From Podarcis vaucheri (lineage: Eukaryota): a stretch of 64,000 nt of DNA. The DNA lies in NCBI GenBank assembly GCA_965113315.1, contig OZ220369.1. One strand, given 5' to 3'. Shown here piece after piece: positions 51,801 to 59,400 of this stretch. A model generated the notes under the pieces. That model saw only the letters and a list, made by a program, of their open reading frames with translations, made no database searches and had not been told where the DNA came from. The position numbers and the translations under genes are program-made. Each line of letters begins with the position of its first letter. The first letter of the stretch is position 1.

Positions 51801-54164
51801 ACTGCTGAAACCCTAAAAAAAATGTGTCCTAACTAGCCACCTAAAACCACTGAGAAATTAGGCCAGGAAGGAGAGGGTTCCATTGAAAAGGCCCTTTCCC
51901 AGGCCCCCACATCGTGTATTTCATACAATTTATTATTTAGAAATAAACCTCATTTATTTAGAAATGTACTTCACACAACTTATTTGTAACACACCATTCC
52001 TCCACCACCAACACAATCTCTGCAAAACTTGGCAAACTCCAAGCTGGCCCAGAAGCCTATTCATACATTTATGGTGTTTCCCTCCTATCTTTCATCAGGA
52101 CAGTGTCATGTCATCTTACAAAAGAATTACAGCCCAGCTTACATACCAAGGCAGGGATTCTGCATCAAACTGCAATACTCCAGCAGATAAGCCATTTGCC
52201 TCAAATGAGCATCCAGCACCCAAAGGAACATTTTTCATAGCCTTCCTGCCTACTTCGTGCCACATAACCGCTTTGGGACACCTCTCCAACACTCAAAACC
52301 AGTCCTTAAAGAAGGTTTTGGGAACCTGATCTAGGCTGCAGACCAGGTCTTCATCTCTCCAATTCCTCATGGGACAAATTCTGTCACAATGACATAAGGT
52401 GATAACTGTTGCCACAAAGGGCTTGCAAAGAGATGTGTGTGGTGTGTTAAAGTGCTACTGATCAGCAGGCTTGTAGTCACTGCCTATCAGTTGATAGCTG
52501 GTGCCTTTGAAGTTGCTTTCTGTAGGAATCAGCTATGTAATGGAATTCTCCATTAAGAAATCGGTTCTGCAGTAAATCCAGTCATGTCTTGACTACTGAC
52601 TACTGAAATATGCCAGGTGGGCATGGTGTAGGGTAAAGAGCCTCCCAGGCCAAATTTGGCCCATGGGTTGGAGGTTCCCCATCACTGCCTTAAAGGGAAA
52701 CCATTCCTCTCTCTTCCATCTTGTGGAAGGGGTGGAGAAACTGTAACTCAAAAAGAGGTTTGAAGAGCTAGGTCAACAAATAACTGATTACTGTATTATT
52801 TTTTCCCCACTACCTTCCCCAGGAAAACCTGGTCTTCAGCACTGAACAAATGACAATTTGGGCTTTCCAGAGATTGCTGTTTGCTCCGATTCAGGGGCAA
52901 AGAATGTGTTTTCATGAGGAAAGTGCCAGGACAAAAAAAAAAGTGTTCAGACACAGTGCTTTAAAGCATGGGCCTGTGCCTAAAAATGCAGCAGAAAGGG
53001 AAGTCTGGATGAGACCTCATTGTAATTTTCAGCCTAACTTACCTCACACAGAGTTGTTGTGAGGATAAAATGAGTGAGAGAAGTATGCCACTTTGAGCTC
53101 CTTGGAGGAAAATATAAACATAATTTTAATAAATGTAATAATGTGCAAATTGACCCCCAAAGATAAAGCACCATAGTGTTTTGAAAGCAACTGATATTAC
53201 CTTGAATGCCTCAGTGCCAAAGGTCAGCTCTTCAGACACCGGGATATCAGAGCTTCATGGTAACTCTTCCTCTCTATCAAAATTCAGAATGGAAGCTCTT
53301 TGGGGCAGGGAATTGTCTTTTGACCAACATTCATTGATGTGGTGGTGCCTGTATATATGTGTGTTACCATTTATGTATATTCATGTATATGGATGGTATA
53401 ATCCTAGAACTAGGCTTCTGTTAATTTACTGGAGCCATTTTCTAATACATATCACACTTATTTATTTATTTAATTGATTTCTATCCCTCCTCTCCTCCAA
53501 GGAGCTCAAGGGGGCATAAGTGGTTCTCCTCCATCTCCTCATTTTATCCTCACAACAACGCTGTGAGGTAGCTTAGGCTTACAGGCAGAAGTAGCTTAGG
53601 CTTACAGGCCAAACGTCACCCAGAAAGTTTTATGGCTGAGGGGGAATTTGAAGCTTGGTCTCTCCGCTCCTGGTCTTGACTCTCTAACCACTGCACCACA
53701 CTGTCTAATGCAAATTCATACATTACACACACATACATATATATGCACATTGTTTAATACAGTACACACACACAAAAACTGTACCAGTGTATGTGTAAAT
53801 GACAGACACCCCCATCTCCACATATACACCCTCTCAAATGTTTCACACCTACCAAATGGGCTCCACAATGGAAGCAATGCTACTCTCAGCACCCCACTTC
53901 CTCCAAGAAGCAGACCCACCCAGCGCTCCCCAGAGAGGTGGCCCCTTCCCAGGCTCCCTTTCTCCTCCTGACCCCTTTTCCTCACGAGAGGAGGATGCCC
54001 CCTCCCCACTTGCAGGAACCATCCCTCCTTCCCCTGCCACCTCCCCTTCCCAGGCTCACATCGTCCATCAACAGCAAGACCAAGTTAGGGGGTCGTGGTA
54101 GAGTGGTGTTGGCGGCCCTGCCCAGGCCGCACAGGCCCAGCAGCAGAAGCAGTCTCGTCTCCAT
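4159..54164 (-). CDS. GALNS: N-acetylgalactosamine-6-sulfatase, complete 14-exon gene (1557-nt CDS, 518 aa)
   Basis: All 14 exons translate to the GALNS sequence ([18 protein letters not shown]...[14 protein letters not shown]...KCFWSH*). Junctions are GT-AG and phases join in frame. Exon sizes are 105/124/75/103/144/67/128/140/104/137/103/122/118/87, matching the human structure as I recall it except exon 1 (-5 codons) and exon 7 (+1 codon). Confidence 0.98.
4460..5558. mobile_element. Non-autonomous Tc1/mariner-pogo-type DNA transposon with internal GC-rich tandem arrays
   Basis: TA|CCGTATTTTTCGCACTATAGGACGCA ... TGCGCCCTATGGTGCGAAAAATACGG|TA (26-bp TIR, 2 mismatches, TA target duplication). 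Confidence 0.9.
8081..8198 (-). CDS. GALNS: GALNS exon 13
   Basis: ctttccag|(S)[39 protein letters not shown]|gtaagg; 118 nt. Confidence 0.96.
9540..9862 (+). mobile_element. Degenerate RTE-clade LINE 3' end
   Basis: Collinear frameshifted motifs [49 protein letters not shown], then a GAN-type tail. Confidence 0.7.
10355..10397. repeat. (CA)n microsatellite
   Basis: Direct reading. Confidence 0.95.
10635..10795 (-). mobile_element. CR1 LINE fragment
   Basis: Antisense to the CR1 RT C-terminal [20 protein letters not shown] motif. Confidence 0.7.
17153..17274 (-). CDS. GALNS: GALNS exon 12
   Basis: tcttgcag|[40 protein letters not shown](S)|gtaagg; 122 nt; not in the ORF track. Confidence 0.96.
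20714..20780 (-). mobile_element. CR1 extreme 3' tail
   Basis: catagaatcatagagttggaagggaccccaaggatcatctagtccaa is antisense to the CR1 (ATTCTATG)n terminus. Confidence 0.7.
21481..21665. other. Assembly gap (185 N) in GALNS intron 11
   Basis: N run. No exon is missing, since exons 11 and 12 join in frame. Confidence 0.99.
25066..25108. repeat. (ATT)n microsatellite
   Basis: Direct reading. Confidence 0.95.
27330..27432 (-). CDS. GALNS: GALNS exon 11
   Basis: tccatcag|(R)[34 protein letters not shown]|gtaatt; 103 nt. Confidence 0.96.
28768..28904 (-). CDS. GALNS: GALNS exon 10
   Basis: aatgacag|[45 protein letters not shown](R)|gtgagt; 137 nt; not in the ORF track. Confidence 0.96.
29545..29589. 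repeat. (AAT)n microsatellite, tail of an L2-type 3' end
   Basis: Follows tgtgaaccaccctgagacctctgggtatagggcagtat. Confidence 0.9.
30768..30803. repeat. (AT)n microsatellite
   Basis: Direct reading. Confidence 0.95.
33437..33513. repeat. 38-bp tandem duplication
   Basis: ggtgag(c/t)aggaggcaccaagggacggtagaggggctca, two copies. Confidence 0.9.
35359..35462 (-). CDS. GALNS: GALNS exon 9
   Basis: ttctctag|(A)[34 protein letters not shown]|gtgaga; 104 nt. Confidence 0.97.
36686..36825 (-). CDS. GALNS: GALNS exon 8
   Basis: cctctcag|(L)[46 protein letters not shown](A)|gttggt; 140 nt. Confidence 0.96.
38439..38624. mobile_element. Small degenerate MITE (CCGTATTTA TIR family)
   Basis: Left end CTGTATTTACTCAAGTCTAATGC vs reverse complement of right end CCGTATTTATTCAGATCTAATGC; internal direct repeat catcaaatctaa...gcaccttaattttc. 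Confidence 0.7.
39132..39259 (-). CDS. GALNS: GALNS exon 7
   Basis: atttccag|[42 protein letters not shown](L)|gtaagt; 128 nt. Confidence 0.96.
39376..39442 (-). CDS. GALNS: GALNS exon 6
   Basis: ctttctag|(R)[22 protein letters not shown]|gtactc; 67 nt. Confidence 0.96.
39861..40223 (+). mobile_element. Full-length Sauria SINE (lacertid type)
   Basis: tRNA-like head GGGACGCGGGTGGCGCTGTGG...GGTTCGAATCCC; (ACCTTT)n tail; TSD tagataatgcata at 39845-39857 and 40224-40236. Confidence 0.92.
40912..41055 (-). CDS. GALNS: GALNS exon 5
   Basis: ttttctag|(W)[47 protein letters not shown](R)|gtagcc; 144 nt. Confidence 0.97.
41820..42400 (+). mobile_element. L2-clade LINE 3' fragment
   Basis: [35 protein letters not shown]...[11 protein letters not shown] matches the L2 ORF2 C-terminal motif SRLDYCN..LP..LQ..QNAAARL..LHWLP. 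Confidence 0.85.
44945..45047 (-). CDS. GALNS: GALNS exon 4
   Basis: taatgcag|(A)[33 protein letters not shown](W)|gtaaag; 103 nt. Confidence 0.96.
45118..45358. mobile_element. Intact MITE, Tc1/mariner (Tigger-like) type
   Basis: TA|CAGTGGTACCTCGGTT...AACCGAGGTACCACTG|TA; lies 70 bp from the GALNS exon 4 acceptor. Confidence 0.9.
46335..46990 (-). mobile_element. 5'-truncated L1-clade LINE (ORF2 C-terminus + 3'UTR)
   Basis: Minus-strand translation [44 protein letters not shown], then a U-rich 3'UTR and tail. Confidence 0.75.
49315..49389 (-). CDS. GALNS: GALNS exon 3
   Basis: ctcctcag|(S)[24 protein letters not shown](A)|gtatgt; 75 nt. Confidence 0.97.
49826..49949 (-). CDS. GALNS: GALNS exon 2 (contains the catalytic Cys converted to formylglycine)
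   Basis: ttcttcag|[41 protein letters not shown](S)|gtgagt; 124 nt. Confidence 0.97.
54060..54164 (-). CDS. GALNS: GALNS exon 1 (signal peptide + metal-binding DD)
   Basis: [35 protein letters not shown]; Kozak context GCCATGG; donor GAT|gtgagc. Confidence 0.95.
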
Positions 54165-54720
54165 GGCAACCACTCCAAACCCACCGCGAGTCCGAAAAAA
54201 AGTTGGGGAAGAGGGAACGGCCCAAGGGGCACGTGGGAACACTCAGGGTAACTAGAAAGTCACTACCGGTTCTCCATTGAACGTGCTGAGTTAAAGACAT
54301 GGGCGGGACTCAAGAGGGAGCACTTTAGAAAGAAGGAAAGAGCCCACGCCACACTTTTGGCATATGGTATAGTTTTAATTATATGTAGTAACCCACCCAC
54401 AATATGGGAGTTTTGTAAATATAGGTGAAATAATTGCTCCTGGCCCCGCATATGGCGGCAGCGGATATGCTGTTCAAAAAAAGCTGGAAGTGGGAGGAGA
54501 CTGCCTGGTAACCCTCGCCTGCAGTCTCTATGTAGGAACAAGAGTCTGGGCCGGCTCATTCACTCGCGCCTGAGGAGAGTCACGTGCGCAGAGCCGCGGA
54601 GGCGGAGCCGCGGTCCGCTGGGCTCATTGGTTCTCCGATCACGTGAATGTAAATACTGTAAGGGCAAAGATGCTGTTACGTGAAAGAGGGAGGGACGAAG
54701 CGAACCCACCAGTACCCAAG
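54165..54720. promoter_or_regulatory. Bidirectional CpG-rich promoter and 5'UTRs shared by GALNS and TRAPPC2L
   Basis: Divergent ATGs 556 bp apart. CpG cluster; CACGTG E-boxes at 54230, 54581 and 54640; inverted CCAAT at 54626-54630; GC boxes. Confidence 0.85.
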
Positions 54721-54753
54721 ATGGCGGTTTGTATTGCTGTGATCGCCAAGGAG
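54721..54753 (+). CDS. TRAPPC2L: TRAPPC2L exon 1, coding part
   Basis: AAGATGGCG start; [11 protein letters not shown]|gtggga. Confidence 0.95.
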
Positions 54754-57700
54754 GTGGGACACCGGGCAGGGGCAGTTGAGGGACGGGGCGGCGGGTGGGG
54801 GAGGGAGAGAGGAAGGGTAAGGGTGGGGGAACACAAGAATTGCCTTCAGACATTCCTGGGAAGCCGTTAACCAGGGAATGAGGGTAAATCCTCTCTTCTG
54901 CTATTCCACCCCCCCGCAAAGGGTACGTAGCTAGTTAGTCTATGGAACTCTCTGCCACAAGATGTAGTGATGGCCACCAACTTGGATGGCTTTGAAAAGG
55001 GGTCGGACAGATTCATGGAGCAGGAAAAGCTATTAATGGCTATGCTCTTTCTCCACTGTCAGAGGCAGGTTGTCTTTGAGTACCAGTTGCTGGAAACAGC
55101 AGGATGGGAGAGGTGCTCTTGCATCACGTCCTGCTTGTGGGGCTTCCCATTGGGGCATCTGGTTTGCCACTTTGATAATAGGATGTTGGACTAGAATCAG
55201 CCTTTCTCAACCTTGGGTTTCCAGATGTTGAACTACAACTCCCATCATCCCTAGCTAGCAAGGCCAGAGCTCAGGGATGATGGGAGTTGTAGTCCAACAA
55301 TATCTGGGGACCCAAGGTTAAGAAACACTGGTAGATGGACCAGACTGAGCCTGTCAGACTCTTATGCTATGTTCTTAAAGCAGGGCTGCTATCTTTGGCA
55401 CCTTCTGAGGCTGACACCTCAGCAGGGACTACTGCTGATCCCTGGAGCCCCCAGCTCCTCCCTTGTTGTCACTTCCCATTTGGTTGCATTCAATAAGCAA
55501 GAAAGGAGTAACAGCTGCAGCAGCCTCTGTTAAATTTGCGCACTCTCTCTCTCCGGGCAGTGGTGCAGGTTGTGCATTAAAGGTAGGAGGACAAGTGAAT
55601 GGGTTGCAATGACAACCATGATGAGGAGCTGGTTTTCGTCAGGTTTTCTTCTCCTTTCCCAAGTAATAATCAGGGAGGGGAATCAGGGGAGGAAGCAAAG
55701 CACCTAATTCATATATGAACTGTATATGGAAAACTGTCAAACTTTTTGGGCACATTCTTGTCAGTACGCCTTTGAGCCGATGCCGACGACTGGTTCTGCC
55801 CTGACTGGGCTAGGCGAACTGGAGCTCTTCCAGAGAACTTCCACTCCTGGAAAGCATGTACTTAAAAATGAGACCTTTGCTTGGGGATTTGAGTTCTTCC
55901 AGCTGTGAACCAGTTGTCGGGGGCTTGCACCTGGTTTGATTGAGATAGGTGTCTGATTTGGATTCTGTGTTAAAATTGGTCTGAAAAGGTACTACTTAGA
56001 ATCCTGTTGTGGGAGAGGGAGTTAGAACTGCGTAGATCAGTTGGATCACTTCATAGTTCAGTAACTTGGTGGTTTGTTTTTTCATTCTAGAACTATCCTC
56101 TGTACATCAAGAGCATTCCGACAGAAAATGAACTGAAGTTCCACTACACAGTCCACACGTCTCTTGATGTTGTGGATGAGAAAATCTCTGCTATGGGAAA
56201 AGCTCTTGTGGACCAGAGAGAGCTCTACCTGGGGTTGCTCTACCCAACTGAAGACTACAAAGTGTATCTTAGATGCCTTTTGGGTTGAATGAGGAGTTGG
56301 CCTAGATCACATTCAAGATCCCTTCCAGCTCTGCAGCTATGTGATTGTTTCTCAGGTTCCCTTCTTGCAGTCTTGCTTCATTATTGCAAGAGAACTTAAA
56401 GGAGGGTAAAGTTCTGATCACAGCTGGGCTGCAGCACCTGAATTTAGTTGGATCTGTTGCTGTTTAGTTTTAAACTAGTATTGTGTGCTTTGATATATAG
56501 AGAAAGGTCATAGCTCAGTAGTAAGGCACTAACTTTGTATGTAGAAGGTCCCAGATAGGGGCATTTCCAGGTAGAGCTGGGAAAACTAGAGAGCTGCCAG
56601 TCAGTGCAGGCATTACTGAGCTTGATGGACCAATGGCTGACTTGGCATAGGCAGTCTCCTATGTAGTTTAGAAGTTAAACAGCGGTTAAGGCTGCATGCA
56701 ACTGCTCTGTGGCCTTAAGACTGTGCAGTCAACAGCCGCTACCAAGCAACTTGTTCATCCAGTTGAAGGACAAATCTGGAATGTGATGCCACAGGAGCCC
56801 CTGGAACTGAAATCTAAAGTCGATTGGTTTAAATAGGGTGTGGGTTGGGCTTGCAGAAGGAGTGACAGTGCAGAGAGCTGCTGTGTATTCAGTCTGAACC
56901 CAGTTACATGTGGGCAAGCTGCTCTTTGCTTAGGCAGTGTTTAGCATAACCCAGTTGTTTTGTGTTTATTTGTTAAGGGCTCAGTGATGGAGCACAGAGT
57001 TATTTGGCCTCTCCAGAAAAGGCTGAGAGATTCTTGTCTGGAGCCCTGGAAAGCTGCTGCCAGTCAGTGTAGACCAGTGGTAGCTAAATTGTGCCCGCCA
57101 CCGCAAATGTTGCTTAACTATAACTCCCATTGTCCTCAACCACTGGCTATTCTGGCCAGTGCTGATGTGAGCTGGGATCCTCAGGAGGGCTTCAGATTAA
57201 CCCCCCTGGTATAGACAGTACTGAGAGATGATGGACCAATGGCCTGACTGTGCGTGAGGTGGCTTCATATATTCTTAAAAATAGACCTTGACTGCTGAAG
57301 CAGATATGGCTACGTGACCAATTCCAAGGTGAAGTTTGTGATGGTGGTGGATTCTTCCAACACGGCACTCAGGGACAACGAAATCCGCAGTGTAAGTACA
57401 GGGCAGCTGCAGGGAGCCAGTCAAAGTAGAACTTCCTTCTGCTTGCTCAAGACTAATTGATGCCTACATTATGGTCACTGAAGTGGTTCTTCCCTTTTCA
57501 GATGTTCAGGAAGCTGCATAATTCTTTCACAGATGTCATGTGCAACCCCTTTTATAATCCTGGGGACCAGATCCAATCCAGGTGAGAGTACCTGTCTCTT
57601 TGGAACTTAACTAGCTTTGTTGATCTTACAGGGTTGTTGGAAGCTTTGTCTTTCCAGAATTTACTGAACTATTCTAGTGGCATTTAGCAATATTATCCTG

Positions 57701-58361
57701 AGCCTCTCCCACATCTGCCCTGCAATAGTATTCACCTCGTTTCCCCTTCCAAAATCATGAAATCATGCCATAAATCTTCCTGTCAATTAAGATCTTAGAA
57801 GCTCCCTCACTGGGTGCTCCCGACTTTCTGGAGGTACAGCAGGTAGCTGCTAAAGAGTGGGCTTCTTGTGGATTGTACCCAAATTATAGAACTTCCACCT
57901 GAGGCATTTTGCCTGGTTGGTTGTTTACTGTTTTTTAGATCAGCCTTTCTCAACCTTAAATCCCCAGGTGTTGTTGGACTACAACTCCCATTATTCCTTG
58001 CCAACATGTCCAGTGGTCAAGGATGATGAGTTTCCATGCGTACGTAAGAAAATATGAGTATGCTTGTAGGATGGAATGAGACAGGTGAAGCAACCTGCTT
58101 CGTTAAATGCTCTCTTGGATATCTGTGCTTTCAAATCTGCTTGCAACATTGAGGAAACTGTTTTAAAGGCAACAGTGATAGATGTACCGCTGGCAAGCGC
58201 AGCCATATAAGTGAAAAGCTGCCTTTTTATTGCTCCATTATCTTAGTTAGCTGGTCTGTCTTTGATGAACCTTTGCCCTGCTTCTTTTAACACTACCTGT
58301 CCCTCCTTTTCCAAGGGCCTTTGACAACATGGTGACGTCCATGATGGTGCAAGTTTGTTGA
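54721..58361 (+). CDS. TRAPPC2L: Trafficking protein particle complex subunit 2-like, 5 coding exons, 139 aa
   Basis: [139 protein letters not shown]; 33+173+88+80+46=420 nt. Confidence 0.97.
54940..55030 (+). mobile_element. CR1 LINE 3' end
   Basis: [26 protein letters not shown] matches the CR1 ORF2 terminus. Confidence 0.75.
55198..55330. mobile_element. Palindromic MITE (actacaactcccatcatccct family; relatives near 32405-32530, 39670-39830, 45470-45595, 57940-58035)
   Basis: Inverted repeat actacaactcccatcatccct / agggatgatgggagttgtagt; outer arms tttctcaaccttggg / cccaaggttaagaaa. Confidence 0.75.
56091..56263 (+). CDS. TRAPPC2L: TRAPPC2L exon 2
   Basis: ttcattctag|NYPLY...TEDYK(V)|gtatctt; 173 nt. 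Confidence 0.95.
56508..56665 (+). mobile_element. Squam2-like tRNA-derived SINE (related copies near 7670-7775, 15870-16065, 28450-28605, 29130-29445, 56975-57275)
   Basis: tagctcagtagta A-box-like head; shared body gagagctgccagtcagtg...gatggaccaatgg. The family name is from recall. Confidence 0.6.
57075..57208. mobile_element. hAT-type MITE nested in a SINE
   Basis: CAG...CTG ends; 8-bp TSD gtgtagac (57067-57074) / gtatagac (57209-57216); actataactcccat core. Confidence 0.7.
57304..57391 (+). CDS. TRAPPC2L: TRAPPC2L exon 3
   Basis: gaagcag|(V)[29 protein letters not shown]|gtaagt; 88 nt. Confidence 0.95.
57502..57581 (+). CDS. TRAPPC2L: TRAPPC2L exon 4
   Basis: ccttttcag|[26 protein letters not shown](R)|gtgaga; 80 nt. 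Confidence 0.96.
58316..58361 (+). CDS. TRAPPC2L: TRAPPC2L exon 5, coding part
   Basis: ccttttccaag|(R)[17 protein letters not shown]. Confidence 0.95.
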
Positions 58362-58460
58362 AGCTTCTGCCTCTTCTTCCAGCTGATTTACCTGAGACAA
58401 CTTGCCCCACTGTACAGAATTGTTTGTGTATATTCTTCCTTCCAAAATCCCACATTGTAT

Positions 58461-58466
58461 AATAAA
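58461..58466 (+). terminator. TRAPPC2L poly(A) signal AATAAA (3'UTR about 120 nt)
   Basis: AATAAA 100 nt after the stop codon, followed by GU-rich gtctgtgcttgtt. Confidence 0.7.
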
Positions 58467-59389
58467 CTCATTAACTAAGTTAGTCTGTGCTTGTTCACCA
58501 AGGTATATGGAAGGGGATGGTTGTAGCCATACCATGAAAAAGTTGAGGAAAAGCCCCCTCTTGCTAGCAAGATGTCTCCCAGGTAAGAGAAACAACTTGG
58601 ATGAGAGCGTAAGAATAAGCTTGCTGTATCTGACCAGTGACCCGTCTACTCCAGCATTCTGCCTCTGACAGTGGATGGAGAACATAGCCATTGATAGCCT
58701 TATCATCCATGATGTCTATAATCCTCTTTTAAAATCATCCTTGTTGGTGGTCCTCGCTTGTTGGATGCAGTAGATCAATCCCAACGAGGTGCCCCCCAAA
58801 GTGGCCTATTTACTTGAGCTTGGTTCTACTTCCTTAATGGTTCTAAACCTGTTACAAAAGAACTAGCTAGGGCAGCTCAGAGGGGCGATTAAAAATGGGA
58901 GATTAAACCATGAGAGTGGATCAGAACTAAAATCAGTATTTTGTCTGTTCAGAGTCCGCATCAGATTACAGGTGCTTGTCACACAAAGACTGAATCTGGG
59001 CTCTTCTGCCTGCAAAATATCTGCTCTTCAGCTAGGTCCCTTTACTGGATTGTACTACTTCAGTTTGCAGGTGGAGCTGCGTATTTAAATGCCCCTTTAA
59101 AAATCCCTTTAGTGCAGTAGCTTTAGCATGTCAGGGAAACAGCTAGGTTAGTAATCTCTGACCTTCTGTGTTCATGGAGGGCTTCAGAAAACCCCCGAAA
59201 AAGGTAACAGGAGAGATATTAAAAACCCAGTCACCAATTTGCTATCCAAAGTGGCATAGTCCAGAAATAACTGCATTTCATGGTTTTTTTATGTTCATGC
59301 AACGTGACCTCTTAAAGGAGGCAGATTAGCCCAGAGAGAAATCCACAGCCAATGCTTTTGTTGTGGGTTTAGTTTAATCAGTTGGATCT

Positions 59390-59400
59390 TTTATTTTATT
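59390..59400 (-). terminator. Probable PABPN1L poly(A) signal (overlapping AATAAAATAAA), giving a 3'UTR of about 2 kb
   Basis: Minus strand reads TTTTTTAATAAAATAAAA after a U-rich stretch. The downstream element is weak. Confidence 0.5.

Larger units (their letters stand above)
56264..57303 (+). other. Probable U12-type GT-AG intron (TRAPPC2L intron 2)
   Basis: 5' splice site GTATCTT; branch-like CCTTGAC at 57286-57292, ending 11 nt before the exon; no polypyrimidine tract. Confidence 0.8.

Noticed and set aside
53982-54242. ORF-track N-terminal extension of GALNS (MFPRAPW...)
   Set aside because: It starts at a non-ATG codon. The ATG at 54164 has strong Kozak context and directly precedes a signal peptide.
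54769-54830. G-quadruplex-like G runs after TRAPPC2L exon 1
   Set aside because: G-rich 5' ends of first introns are common in vertebrates, and nothing here is specific.
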